Of a stretch of 64,000 bases of DNA, positions 37,538 through 47,281 are shown piece after piece (the first letter of the stretch is position 1; every line of letters begins with the position of its first letter). The DNA lies in assembly GCA_045644425.1 (NCBI GenBank), contig JAZRGW010000023.1, forward strand, positions 71,592-135,591, in the 5' to 3' direction. The notes beneath the pieces were generated by a model. The model did not search any database. It saw only the letters and a list, made by a program, of their open reading frames with translations, and had not been told where the DNA came from. The position numbers and the translations under genes are program-made. The stretch is from Victivallaceae bacterium. Its GTDB lineage: Bacteria > Verrucomicrobiota > Lentisphaeria > Victivallales > Victivallaceae.

Positions 37538-37546
37538 AGAAAGTTC

Positions 37547-37904
37547 TGGTGGAGGTGGCGGGAGTTGAACCCGCGTCCCAACGGGGAGCTGTGAAGATCT
37601 CTACATGCTTGTTCCATCTTCAAGTGTTTTTCGTCCTCAGTTTCGCCAATGGACAGGCAATCCCTCAGAACAGGCATTCTTTAATCTCGCCGGAAATCCG
37701 AATGCCGGAACTTCCAGCCAGGGTATTAACACGCGCCGCTTATACCTTAGTACCCGATCAGGCACAGCGACGTGGCGGGATTATGCCGCCAGAGCAAACT
37801 CTTCGTTCGCAGTTATTGTTTTAACCGGTGATTTACGAGGCCAACGGTCATCCTCGGCATGCAATCAACCCAAGTCCAGCGCCGGTCGAATCCGGAACAC
37901 CCCC
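37547..37904 (-). ncRNA. ssrA: tmRNA (SsrA), 358 nt, CCA encoded
   Basis: The minus strand reads GGGGGUGUUCCGGAUUCGACCGG...GCAUGCCGAGG...GGCCUCGUAAA...GGACGCGGGUUCAACUCCCGCCACCUCCACCA. The acceptor stem has a G3:U wobble and a tRNA-like T-arm. There is close collinearity with E. coli SsrA. Confidence 0.95.
37781..37810 (-). other. tmRNA tag reading frame: (A)ANEEFALAA-stop
   Basis: GCG AAC GAA GAG UUU GCU CUG GCG GCA UAA follows the GGCCUCGUAAAUCACCGGUUAAAACAAUAACU resume context. It has the canonical ALAA C-terminus. Confidence 0.8.
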
Positions 37905-38166
37905 TGAATCATAACATTCTGATACGACGTTTAATATAGTTCATTATGTCTTTTTTTCAATCTTTTTTATGAAAATTTACGTTTTTTTCGTAGCCGGATG
38001 TGTTTTTTGACTCTTTATTGCCGGATGATAAGAATTTCCCGCATCTGATAACGCATTTGAAAAAAATTTTCCTTTGATAACAGTAAAGTATTGTTTTTTT
38101 ACGGACTGTGAAGTATATTTATTCTCAGCAAGTCTTCAATCACAAGTTTTTTAAGGAGTTTTTATT

Positions 38167-39264
38167 ATGTTCAATAGAATTTCTGCTGTTATTCTGTTTA
38201 TTTGCACTGTTTTTTCAACACTTTCCCATGCCGCCGGAAATAAAAACGTTTCACCTGAACCGGCTCTCGAAAATCCGGATTCATGGACAATGATCGTCGT
38301 TCCCGATGTGCAGGGCTACATCAAGCTCCCCCGCAACCACGGCATCCTTGAGATCATGAATGCATGGATCGTCGAAAATATCGAAGCCATGAAGATCCGT
38401 CAGGTGCTTTTTACCGGAGACCTCACCAACCGCAACGATCTTTCCCGGGTCTGGCCCGAATACGACCAGCTTATCAGTTCCGAACAGTGGAAAGCCTTTT
38501 CACGTGCCGCAGAACGTCTTGACGGTCAAATCCCCTACATTCTCTGCACCGGCAATCACGATCACGGATACCATTCCGCTGAGAACCGCCGGTCTCATTT
38601 CAGCACCTTTTTCCCAACTGACCGCAATCCCCTCACCCGCCGTCAACTCATCGCCTGCGACTGGAATGCTTTCGGTATTGCAACTTTGGAAAATGCCGCT
38701 TATGAATTTACCGCCCCTCACCCGGACAACCGCAAATTCCTCATCATTTCTCTGCAATTCGCTCCTACCGATAAAAATCTTGAATGGGCGAAAAAACTTG
38801 CCGCAGAACCCAGATTCAAAAACCACTTCGGAATTGTTTTGACCCACTCTTATCTTGACCGTCATGGCAAACGCATCGAAAAAGAAAACTACGGCATAAA
38901 TAAACAGGGCGGCAATGCCGGAGAAGCTATTTTTCAGAAACTGGTCTACCCCTCTGCCAATATCCGCATGGTCGTCTGCGGACATATTGCCATACCGGAT
39001 AAATGGGAAGGCGGGATCTCTTTTTCAATGGACAAAAACTCCGCCGGAAAATCTGTTGCTCAAATGGCTTTCAATACACAGGCGATCGGCGGCGGATGGC
39101 ATGGTAACGGCGGCGACGGATGGCTCCGGCTGCTCGAATTCATGCCCGACAAAAAAACCATCAAGGCACGAACCTTTTCGCCGTTCTTCTATCTTTCGCC
39201 ATCCACCCGTCATCTGGCGTGGAAACATGATGAGCTCAGTGAATTTTCATTCACTCTCGAATAG
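38167..39264 (+). CDS. Secreted calcineurin-like metallophosphoesterase
   Basis: Signal peptide, then GDLTNRND, GNHDHG, VLTHSYL and VCGHIA motifs. Confidence 0.8.
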   Translation: MFNRISAVILFICTVFSTLSHAAGNKNVSPEPALENPDSWTMIVVPDVQGYIKLPRNHGILEIMNAWIVENIEAMKIRQVLFTGDLTNRNDLSRVWPEYDQLISSEQWKAFSRAAERLDGQIPYILCTGNHDHGYHSAENRRSHFSTFFPTDRNPLTRRQLIACDWNAFGIATLENAAYEFTAPHPDNRKFLIISLQFAPTDKNLEWAKKLAAEPRFKNHFGIVLTHSYLDRHGKRIEKENYGINKQGGNAGEAIFQKLVYPSANIRMVVCGHIAIPDKWEGGISFSMDKNSAGKSVAQMAFNTQAIGGGWHGNGGDGWLRLLEFMPDKKTIKARTFSPFFYLSPSTRHLAWKHDELSEFSFTLE

Positions 39265-39284
39265 AATTCCGGTAACTTTCCATC

Positions 39285-39322
39285 GGGCTGAATGCAAATA
39301 TTTGCGTCAGCCCGATTTTGTT
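39285..39322 (+). terminator. Rho-independent terminator
   Basis: GGGCTGAATGCAAATATTTGCGTCAGCCC hairpin followed by GATTTTGTT. Confidence 0.7.
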
Positions 39323-39493
39323 AAAAAACAGATCAACACCAAGTAATACGGATGAAAACTGAAACCGGAGAATTGTAAAACGCACTGTTTTTTGTGATAT
39401 ATCAGTAAAAAAACTTGATTTTTTGCACTTTTAATATATATTATCTAATTCAGCAGCATAGTTTGTAATCCATCTTATTTCAAGGTAAAATAT

Positions 39494-40105
39494 ATGTCAG
39501 AAAATAAAGAAAATACCACACAGGAAAATATCACTTCAGAACTCCCTCCGCAGGAAAATGAAGCTCAGGAGTGGAAAGATGCTTCCGGCGAAGCGGAAAA
39601 AGAGGAAAAAGCTCTTTCCGAAGTGGATAAATTGAAGGCGGAACTTGCCGCCCAGCAGGAAAAATTTGTCTATCTGCAGGCAGAATATCAGAATTTCCGT
39701 AAACGTGCCGCAAGAGATATCAGCGATGCCAGAAGTCATGCCATCGCCGATACGCTCACCCCTTTCCTCTCGGTTTCCGATTTTCTTGGCATGGCACAGA
39801 CCGCCGCTGAAAAAACCGACAATCTTGATGCCATTAAACAGGGTTTGACTATGATCATCGCCCAGTTTGATAAAGCTCTGGAAGAAATGTCCGTGCGGAA
39901 ATTTTCCAGCATCGGTGAAAAATTCAATCCCGACCTGCACGATGCCGTCGGCAGGGAATCTTCAGATTCTGTTCCCGAAGGTATCATCACCAAAGAGTGG
40001 AATTGCGGTTACAAGATCGGCGAAAAACTTCTCCGCCCTGCCCGGGTCATGGTATCTGCCGGTCCGGAAGTGCCGGCGGAAAAGGAAAATCCGGAAAAGG
40101 AGTGA
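39494..40105 (+). CDS. grpE: Nucleotide exchange factor GrpE
   Basis: Acidic N-terminus, coiled-coil, YLQAEYQNFRKRAARD and a C-terminal beta domain ...GYKIGEKLLRPARVMV. Confidence 0.9.
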   Translation: MSENKENTTQENITSELPPQENEAQEWKDASGEAEKEEKALSEVDKLKAELAAQQEKFVYLQAEYQNFRKRAARDISDARSHAIADTLTPFLSVSDFLGMAQTAAEKTDNLDAIKQGLTMIIAQFDKALEEMSVRKFSSIGEKFNPDLHDAVGRESSDSVPEGIITKEWNCGYKIGEKLLRPARVMVSAGPEVPAEKENPEKE

Positions 40106-40111
40106 TCCATC

Positions 40112-41245
40112 ATGGCTGATTATTACGAAACACTCGGCGTAAGCAAGTCCGCTTCTGCTGATGAAATCAAAAAAGCATACCGCAAACTTGCTGTAAAATA
40201 CCATCCGGATAAAAATCCGGGCAACAAGGAAGCGGAAGAAAAATTCAAAGAGGTTTCCGCCGCTTACGAAACCCTCTGCAATCCCGATAAACGTGCCCAG
40301 TACGATCAATTCGGTCACGATGCCTACACCCGCAGCGGCGGCGGTGCAAATGCCGGCGGATTCAATGCCCAGGATATTTTCAGCCAGTTTTTCGGCGGCG
40401 GTGGCGGTTTCGGAGGATTTGAAGATCTTTTCGGCGGCGGCAGACGTCACGATCCCAACGCTCCCCAGGCCGGTGAAGATCTCCGTTACGCGTTGGAAAT
40501 CGATTTTGAAGATGCCATGTATGGCGTGGATAAAAAAATCAATGTTTCCCGTTACGAAAATTGTGATGAGTGCCACGGTTCCGGTTGTGCTTCGGGCTCC
40601 GGGAAAAAACGTTGTACCCGTTGCGGCGGAAGCGGTACGCTCAATATTTCCCAGGGATTTTTCAGTGTCCGCCAGCCCTGCCCGACTTGTTCCGGAACCG
40701 GGGAAATCATCGAAAAACCCTGCCCGAAGTGTCACGGTCAGAGCCGGATCAAGGTCACTGCACCGCTGCAGTTCCATATTCCTGCCGGTGTGGATACCAA
40801 TTCCCAGATCCGACTTTCCGGCAAAGGCAATGCCGGTTTGCGCGGCGGACCGGCAGGTGATCTTTATGTGATAATCCGTGTCCGCAGCAGCAATGTGTTT
40901 GAAAGAGAAGGTACGGATCTGCTCTGTGAAGTGCCGATACCATTTGCCGTCGCCGCAGCCGGTGGTGAAGTCGATGTGCCGACGATTTCCGGAAAGGCAA
41001 AAATCCGGGTTCCTGCCGGTACTCAAAGCGATACTATTTTGCGGCTCAAGGGCAAAGGAGCCCCCTCGCTCCGGGGTGGCGGCAGAGGTGATCTGCATAT
41101 CCGGATCATCGTTGAAACCCCGGCAGATCTTTCAGCTGAACAGTTGGAACTGCTGAAAAAATTCAACGAATCCCTGACCGGAAAAAATAATAAACGTCAG
41201 CAGGAATTTGCCAAACGGGCAAAGAATTTCCTGCAGGGAGAATAA
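40112..41245 (+). CDS. dnaJ: Molecular chaperone DnaJ
   Basis: J-domain DYYETLGV...[16 protein letters not shown], a G/F region and four CxxCxGxG repeats ([32 protein letters not shown]). Confidence 0.95.
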   Translation: MADYYETLGVSKSASADEIKKAYRKLAVKYHPDKNPGNKEAEEKFKEVSAAYETLCNPDKRAQYDQFGHDAYTRSGGGANAGGFNAQDIFSQFFGGGGGFGGFEDLFGGGRRHDPNAPQAGEDLRYALEIDFEDAMYGVDKKINVSRYENCDECHGSGCASGSGKKRCTRCGGSGTLNISQGFFSVRQPCPTCSGTGEIIEKPCPKCHGQSRIKVTAPLQFHIPAGVDTNSQIRLSGKGNAGLRGGPAGDLYVIIRVRSSNVFEREGTDLLCEVPIPFAVAAAGGEVDVPTISGKAKIRVPAGTQSDTILRLKGKGAPSLRGGGRGDLHIRIIVETPADLSAEQLELLKKFNESLTGKNNKRQQEFAKRAKNFLQGE

Positions 41246-41251
41246 GCACTT

Positions 41252-41713
41252 ATGCCCAGAAAAGACCCCAAAGATCCGGTGCTGGCGACCAACCGCAAAG
41301 CGTTCCACGATTACAATGTGCTGGAACGCTTTGAGGCGGGTATCCAATTGGTCGGTACTGAAGTAAAAAGCTGCCGGGACCGGGCGATCCAGCTGCAGGA
41401 GGGGTTTATCAAGATCGAAAAAAATCAGGCGTTTCTCTACAATGTGCATATCGCCGGATACGATTTCGGCAACCGCTTCAACCACAATACCAGACAGACC
41501 CGCCGTCTGCTGCTGCACAAAAAAGAGATCCTTAAACTCGGTCAGTGGCTCAGCACCAAAGGCGGCACATTGATCCCTTTGAAGTTCTACCTTTCCAAAG
41601 GTCTGGTAAAAGTGGAAATCGCTTACTGTCAGGGAAAAACCCATGCCGATCAGCGGGAAACGCTGAAAAAACGGGAAACGGAACGGGAATTGCAGAGATT
41701 TGTCCGCAAGTAG
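41252..41713 (+). CDS. smpB: SsrA-binding protein SmpB
   Basis: NRKAFHDYNVLERFEAGIQLVGTEVKS...HIAGYDFGN...RRLLLHKKEI...KGGTLIPLKFY. Confidence 0.95.
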   Translation: MPRKDPKDPVLATNRKAFHDYNVLERFEAGIQLVGTEVKSCRDRAIQLQEGFIKIEKNQAFLYNVHIAGYDFGNRFNHNTRQTRRLLLHKKEILKLGQWLSTKGGTLIPLKFYLSKGLVKVEIAYCQGKTHADQRETLKKRETERELQRFVRK

Positions 41714-41743
41714 ACCTTTCCGTAAAAAATCACAAAATATATC

Positions 41744-42703
41744 ATGGCTGAAAAACCGGCAAAAAAAGCAAAAGTCACTCTGCGTTCTCTCGCAGCAGAG
41801 CTGGGAATTTCCCCGGCGACGGTCATGCGCGCTTTGAATAATCACCCCAACGTGACTCAGGGCATCCGCAGAAAAGTGGTCACTCTGGCTATGAAACGCA
41901 ACTATCAATTGCCGGAGCATCACGCAAAACATGTGGCCATCGTCATTTCGCCTGCCTCTTTAGAGGGCTATACTGCTCAGATTCTGGACGCACTTTCCAG
42001 TGAATTGAATTCCCGGAATATAGGTTTTGAAATCATTCCAAGCAGCAATATAAATTCTTTGCACGAACACAGCTGTTCCGGAGTAATCTCCACCATCTGG
42101 GAGTCCGGACTGGAAAAATTCTGGCCCACAGAACACAGTCTGCCGCTGGTGGTGCTGAATGCAGTCCCGAATTTCCGGGAAGGTATTTATCAGGTTTGCA
42201 GCGATGAAAAACAGGGCATAAATATGGCGATGGAATACCTCTTTGCCAAAGGTAAAAGAAAAATTGCCCTGGTGTCGACTCCGTTGAAAAAAAATCACGT
42301 CGCCTGTGAAAGAGTTGATGAATTTCACACATTCTGCCGGAAACATCAGCTTACGGAATGTTTTCACGAAGAACATACCGTAGACAATCCTTTGGAAAAA
42401 ATTGCCGGAACTATCGCATCGCGTCACCCGGAAGCTGTCTTTGTCGCCTGTGAAACCTACGGTTTTGCCATGCTGCATTATCTGCAGGAGGCGGGGGTCG
42501 ATATTCCCCGGGAAATGTCGATCCTCTCTCTGGAAATGTCGCCCTACTCCGCTTTCGCCTCACCGCCGCTGACAACAATTTGTCAGAATTTTCAAATGCT
42601 CGCTTTTCATGCTGTAGAAACCCTTATACAGCGTATCCGCAAGCAGGCATGTAAACAGCAAATCACAGTACCTTATATTTTCAAAGAAAGAAAAAGCGTT
42701 TGA
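41744..42703 (+). CDS. LacI-family transcriptional regulator
   Basis: [29 protein letters not shown] plus a sugar-binding core. It heads the next pseudopilin cassette. Confidence 0.85.
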   Translation: MAEKPAKKAKVTLRSLAAELGISPATVMRALNNHPNVTQGIRRKVVTLAMKRNYQLPEHHAKHVAIVISPASLEGYTAQILDALSSELNSRNIGFEIIPSSNINSLHEHSCSGVISTIWESGLEKFWPTEHSLPLVVLNAVPNFREGIYQVCSDEKQGINMAMEYLFAKGKRKIALVSTPLKKNHVACERVDEFHTFCRKHQLTECFHEEHTVDNPLEKIAGTIASRHPEAVFVACETYGFAMLHYLQEAGVDIPREMSILSLEMSPYSAFASPPLTTICQNFQMLAFHAVETLIQRIRKQACKQQITVPYIFKERKSV

Positions 42704-42827
42704 ATTTTGTTTCAAATGTTTCAAAGCATTTCCTCTGAATAAAGTGGAAAAAATAATTCTTCCGGGCTATATTTATAGCACAGGAAAAACTTTTCCACAA
42801 AAAAACGATTACCATAGGAGGTGCTGT

Positions 42828-43577
42828 ATGATGATTTGCAACCATAAATTTTCCAGTTGTTTCCTGAATGTCAGAAAATCCCGTTTCACACTCATTGAGC
42901 TGTTGGTGGTAATAGCGATTATCGCCATTCTGGCGGCAATACTGCTTCCGGCACTGAACTCCGCCCGTGAAAGAGGCAGAAGTGCCGCCTGCCTCAACAA
43001 CCTCAAGCAACTGAGTACAGCCAACAGTTCATACGCGGATGATTTCGATGATTATTTTATTACTGCCAATTACAGAAATACCATCTGGATAAATATCGTC
43101 GGTCCCACTCTGCAGTATATCAACAGTTATCAGGTGGCACAGTGTCCTTCGGAAGCAGAACTGAAATCATTTTACGATAACGGCAACAAGACCTGGGAGG
43201 CATCAAACTACCGTTACAACACTCTGCTCGGCAACAGTTACGATGTGACCAACAGCGGTTATCAGATCCCCAAACGCGGTCAATTTTCCCATCTGAGCCG
43301 TCTGACGGTTTTCGCTGACGGTAAAGTGGCAAGTACCCGTTCCGGAATGCTTTTCTGGTCACTGCTCAATGCGGATGAATATATTGCCGGCGGTTTCATT
43401 AAAAATAACAAGAGCTACGGCTTGCGGCTGGTGGATTTCACCAGTCCGACTCTCGACCTGCATGCCCGCCACAATAACAGTTGCGGACTTGCTTTAGGTG
43501 ACGGTCATGCGATCATGAGAAATGCTGTGGCAGATGTCAGCTGGAACGGTACTCCGGCAGTTTATCCGTGGCAATAA
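42828..43577 (+). CDS. DUF1559-like pseudopilin (prepilin leader, H-x9-DG)
   Basis: An AGGAGG RBS lies 6 nt before ATG 42828 (the track's GTG 42744 is unlikely). [48 protein letters not shown]-terminal [12 protein letters not shown]. Confidence 0.9.
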   Translation: MMICNHKFSSCFLNVRKSRFTLIELLVVIAIIAILAAILLPALNSARERGRSAACLNNLKQLSTANSSYADDFDDYFITANYRNTIWINIVGPTLQYINSYQVAQCPSEAELKSFYDNGNKTWEASNYRYNTLLGNSYDVTNSGYQIPKRGQFSHLSRLTVFADGKVASTRSGMLFWSLLNADEYIAGGFIKNNKSYGLRLVDFTSPTLDLHARHNNSCGLALGDGHAIMRNAVADVSWNGTPAVYPWQ

Positions 43578-43612
43578 TAATTTGAAAAATATAAATCAGG
43601 GAGAAAAACAAG

Positions 43613-44440
43613 ATGTTCAATTTCAAAAAAATATTTCTTGCCGCCTTTGTACCTGCGGCGTTATTTGCCCAGGGAAATATTTACAAATTTGATAAAAAGG
43701 ATAATTACACCGCCGTTTACAGCGGATACGACCTGCTTATCGCGGCTACTGCCAAAGGAAATTACACTATAAGTTCATTTCAGTACAAACATAAGCCCCA
43801 TTTGTATTTTGCCGGATTGTCTGTTTACGAAAAAGGAGTGAAAAAGTCCTGCAGTGAAAGCTCAACTCCTGCAGGTAAATGCACCGAATTGCTTGCCGAA
43901 GCCAAAGACGGCAAAACTGTGTGGAAAGTAAAATACCAGTGGCGTAATATGGATGTGGTGAGAACTATCGAAACCGGTGATTTCCCCGGCTTCAAACTCA
44001 CCTACGATATCGAAGTGACCAAAGATTTTCAACCTGACCGGGTCTATTTGAGTTTCCGGCTGCCCCAGAATAATCTCTACACCCGCACCGGATATTTCAA
44101 AAACGGTGTCATCCAGTTCCGCCCGGTAAAGAAGTCGGAGTGGTTCGGTATCCAGCGGAGCAGTAATTTCCCCTGCATATCTTTTTCCGGCGATACGGTA
44201 AAAGAAGCGGTGATGATCATGGCCGGAGATATGAAAAGCTGGAATAGGCTCCCCAAAAACCTGCTCTATGCCACTACTTCCAAATGTTACTGGACCGTTG
44301 AATTCATGTATAATTTAGGCAAGGAATTGAAAAAAGGTGAAAAATACACCGTTTCCGCCTATGTGATCCCGGCAAAAAGCAACAGTATTGCCGCTGATAT
44401 GCAGGAAAATTTCCTCAAACTCAAAGAGCGTATCCAATAA
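43613..44440 (+). CDS. Secreted 275-aa protein, unknown function
   Basis: Signal peptide AAFVPAALFAQG, beta-rich, immediately downstream of the pseudopilin gene. Confidence 0.7.
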   Translation: MFNFKKIFLAAFVPAALFAQGNIYKFDKKDNYTAVYSGYDLLIAATAKGNYTISSFQYKHKPHLYFAGLSVYEKGVKKSCSESSTPAGKCTELLAEAKDGKTVWKVKYQWRNMDVVRTIETGDFPGFKLTYDIEVTKDFQPDRVYLSFRLPQNNLYTRTGYFKNGVIQFRPVKKSEWFGIQRSSNFPCISFSGDTVKEAVMIMAGDMKSWNRLPKNLLYATTSKCYWTVEFMYNLGKELKKGEKYTVSAYVIPAKSNSIAADMQENFLKLKERIQ

Positions 44441-44452
44441 GGTCTTCCGACG

Positions 44453-47200
44453 ATGAAAAAATTGATCTGTCTACTGGCTTTGGCAATTTGCGGCACCGCA
44501 CTTTTTGCCAGAGGTGTAACTGAAATGCACCTTTTTCCCGCCGATTTTCAGCGGGGAAACTATCCTTTGACGGAAAATTATCCATACCGGATAATCGTCA
44601 AATTCAAGGGTGAAGCGTGGAAATTGCAGAAAAATCAGGCAAAATTCATCTTTGAACTGCCCTCATACATCTCACTTATCCGTGCCTGTACCAAATTGGT
44701 TCCACAAGTGAATATTCCCTTTACCACCGAAAAAATTTCCGGAAACAATGGGGAAATCACCCGTTACACACTTTCTATTCCTTACAACAAACTCAATATT
44801 TCGCCCAAAAGTTACATCTGGCGGAGCGGATTTGATCTTTACATCGAAGCCGGAAAAGGAAGTGCCGGAAAAAATTGGACCATGCCTCTTTACTTCGATG
44901 TGAACGGGGAAAAATTGTGTAACCGCTCCATTTATTTATCCATCCTGCCGGAAATTCCGGCAAAACGGCAGGCTCTTAAAAAATTCCGTTTCAGTATCAA
45001 AGAACTCCCCAGTGCCGGAAATCCCGATGAATCACTGCTCAAAAGACAGCTGGAAATGTGGAAATCTTTTTCCGGGAAACAATATATGTCCTGGGGCTGG
45101 GAACAGTATCTCTATCCTGAAAAGAGCCGCAAACTGCTCAATGAATATGCGGAATTTTTCTTCTACTCCCATGCATCGGATCACTCGACCATGATATTGC
45201 AGAATTCCGGAACTGATGATCTGGGATTTTATGTGGCAAATAAAGTCACCCGTCCCTGGGTACCGCTTTACCACGATGCCAGAGGTAAAGTCAATCCCGG
45301 AGCGATCTGCCCGCAATATCTGATGGAAGACCCGGAAGGATTGTTTTACGGCGACTATTTACGCCGGGCAATTGAAAAAAGTAAAAAATATTCACCCGGC
45401 ATCAATAGTTTTGTGATCGATTATGAACCGATTGCCGCCGGCGGGACATGTCCGGAATGTATGAAAGACTTTGCCCGTTTTGCCAAATTGAAAAACGTTC
45501 CCGCCCGCAAAGATATTCAGCCGGGAAAACCGCTCAACCGCAGCTGGCAGCTTTATAAGATCCATCAGAATAAAATCATTATGACAAAAATCGCCGATGG
45601 AGTGAAAAAGCATTTTCCGGATATGAAGTTCTCCTTCTGTTCCACTGAATTGCGTCCATCCAAAGATGTGGTCAATACCTGGGATGCCGTCGACGTCGGA
45701 GCAATGGAAAAGAAAACTGATTTTTACAGTTTTATGATCTACTCTACCGGCTTAACCTACTACGATCATCTTGCTTATGCCGCAAAAACACTGACCACTG
45801 CCGAAAGTTTCCCGTGGATCGACCCGTCGGAAGAGATTGAACGCTTCTTTTCCCGTTACACTCCGGAAAAAGTTCAACAGAATATCGTCGCTTCGATCGC
45901 TCTGAATGCCCGGGGATTGATGATCTACCCCACTGACACTCTTGACGGCAGATATATGACCATGTTTGCCAAAACCTGTGATATTCTCGCCGGTGTGGAA
46001 GATATTTATTACGGCGATAATCTTTCCGCCGAAGTAAAATGCGGGGTGTTGAATACCGCAAAAATCAAGATCCTCGACGAAAAAGGCAATCTTAAAATAA
46101 CCGAATATCCTGATTTGAATAGTCAGGTAAAAACTCATCTTCACCGGAAAAATGATGTTTATCTGCTCTCCATTCTGAATTACGCCGATGATAAAGCGGT
46201 CTGTGAAATCGCCATTCCCGGTTATCAGGAAGGCAAAACGACCGCTACCGACCTTATAAATCAGAAAAATTATCCTGACCTGACAACGGAAAATATCCGC
46301 AGCGGCTTTGCGGTGGAAGTTCCCGCCGGTGGTTGTGCAGTGATCAAACTCGGAGGCAAAGCTGAAACTTTTCCGGCGATCTTGCAGACTGAACTCCGCC
46401 AAACCGGTAAAAAAGCCGCTGAATCAGGAAAAACCATTCCGGTTACCACCATCAATCGCGGCAATGCAGCGATCCAGTGGCGGATATTTAAAAAGCATGT
46501 GATGCTCACGCTGATTCACGGCGAAAACTACATCACCGTCAATCCCGGTCATAACGGCAGGATCGAAGAGTGGGCAGTCGGTGAAAACATTCCCACCGGC
46601 AGACCATCCGGCACTCTCGGAGAAGTGATCTTTTACGATCCGGCACAGAGCGAAAAACGGGAATATTCCATCGAAAAAATCGATATTGATGGAACTGAAC
46701 CGTCAATCACCCTCAAATCTGCCGTCAAAGCCGATACCAATGCCGGTGGTTCAGGCAATCCGCTTGCCGGATTGATTATGGAAAAACGTATTTCTCTCAA
46801 TCTTGACGGCTCTATCGTAATCACCGATACATTCATCAATCCGACTGCTAAAGATATGCCCTTGGGATTCCGGATCAAACATCTGCCATTCAGTGCATGG
46901 AAATCCGGAACTCCTCTGGAAATCAAACTCGGCAGCAAAACTCTCGATCCGGGCGTCTATCTCAAAAAAGGAGCTTCTCTCAACTGGTATGCCGCTAATG
47001 GAGCAGGAGAACTTGCCGGAGAACCGCGCTTTTCACTCAAAGCCGGTTCCAACAGTTACAAATTTGATTTCCCTCAAGCTTCCGGATTATATTTCTGGCG
47101 TAATCAGATCTGTCACACTGCGGAAGCTCTTTATGCTCCGGTGATACTCAAGCCGGGTAAAAAATATCAGATAACAGAAAAAATCTCTTTCGGTAAATAA
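44453..47200 (+). CDS. Secreted 915-aa protein, glycoside-hydrolase-like barrel (tentative) + C-terminal beta-sandwich/mutarotase-like region
   Basis: Signal peptide. FVIDYEPIAAGGTCPECMKDFARFAKL resembles the GH42-type Cys segment seen in two other proteins of this window. No family could be assigned by eye. Confidence 0.7.
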   Translation: MKKLICLLALAICGTALFARGVTEMHLFPADFQRGNYPLTENYPYRIIVKFKGEAWKLQKNQAKFIFELPSYISLIRACTKLVPQVNIPFTTEKISGNNGEITRYTLSIPYNKLNISPKSYIWRSGFDLYIEAGKGSAGKNWTMPLYFDVNGEKLCNRSIYLSILPEIPAKRQALKKFRFSIKELPSAGNPDESLLKRQLEMWKSFSGKQYMSWGWEQYLYPEKSRKLLNEYAEFFFYSHASDHSTMILQNSGTDDLGFYVANKVTRPWVPLYHDARGKVNPGAICPQYLMEDPEGLFYGDYLRRAIEKSKKYSPGINSFVIDYEPIAAGGTCPECMKDFARFAKLKNVPARKDIQPGKPLNRSWQLYKIHQNKIIMTKIADGVKKHFPDMKFSFCSTELRPSKDVVNTWDAVDVGAMEKKTDFYSFMIYSTGLTYYDHLAYAAKTLTTAESFPWIDPSEEIERFFSRYTPEKVQQNIVASIALNARGLMIYPTDTLDGRYMTMFAKTCDILAGVEDIYYGDNLSAEVKCGVLNTAKIKILDEKGNLKITEYPDLNSQVKTHLHRKNDVYLLSILNYADDKAVCEIAIPGYQEGKTTATDLINQKNYPDLTTENIRSGFAVEVPAGGCAVIKLGGKAETFPAILQTELRQTGKKAAESGKTIPVTTINRGNAAIQWRIFKKHVMLTLIHGENYITVNPGHNGRIEEWAVGENIPTGRPSGTLGEVIFYDPAQSEKREYSIEKIDIDGTEPSITLKSAVKADTNAGGSGNPLAGLIMEKRISLNLDGSIVITDTFINPTAKDMPLGFRIKHLPFSAWKSGTPLEIKLGSKTLDPGVYLKKGASLNWYAANGAGELAGEPRFSLKAGSNSYKFDFPQASGLYFWRNQICHTAEALYAPVILKPGKKYQITEKISFGK

Positions 47201-47211
47201 AAAATATTTTA

Positions 47212-47247
47212 CGGGTAAGAAACCTTTTCAAAAAGTTTTCTTACCCG
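47212..47247. terminator. Hairpin terminator between convergent genes
   Basis: 11-bp stem CGGGTAAGAAA / TTTCTTACCCG with T-rich sequence on the + strand side. Confidence 0.6.
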
Positions 47248-47281
47248 CATTTCGTTTCTCAAAAACTTCCGGGAGCCATAT

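Noticed and set aside
37549-37907. ORFs 37549-37824 and 37605-37907 (+), and 37489-37677 (-)
   Set aside because: They overlap the tmRNA gene, and the RNA call explains the conservation-like structure. These are chance ORFs.
39323-39493. Search for CIRCE or a sigma32-type promoter upstream of grpE (CTTGATT...TATATT-like boxes near 39412-39450)
   Set aside because: No CIRCE inverted repeat is present. The box resemblance is weak, lies in AT-rich sequence and lacks a CCCCAT-like -10, so it was not reported as a feature.
39962-41932. Antisense ORFs 39962-41098 (378 aa) and 41132-41932 (266 aa) opposite grpE/dnaJ/smpB/LacI
   Set aside because: dnaJ, smpB and grpE are unambiguous on the + strand. 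The antisense translations are repetitive and have no signatures.
42708-42725. Tandem direct repeat TGTTTCAAA x2, and the small palindrome GGAAAAACTTTTCC (42783-42796), upstream of the third pseudopilin gene, considered as LacI operators
   Set aside because: The direct repeat is not palindromic as LacI sites are. The palindrome arms are only 6 nt and A/T-rich. The evidence is insufficient without comparative data.
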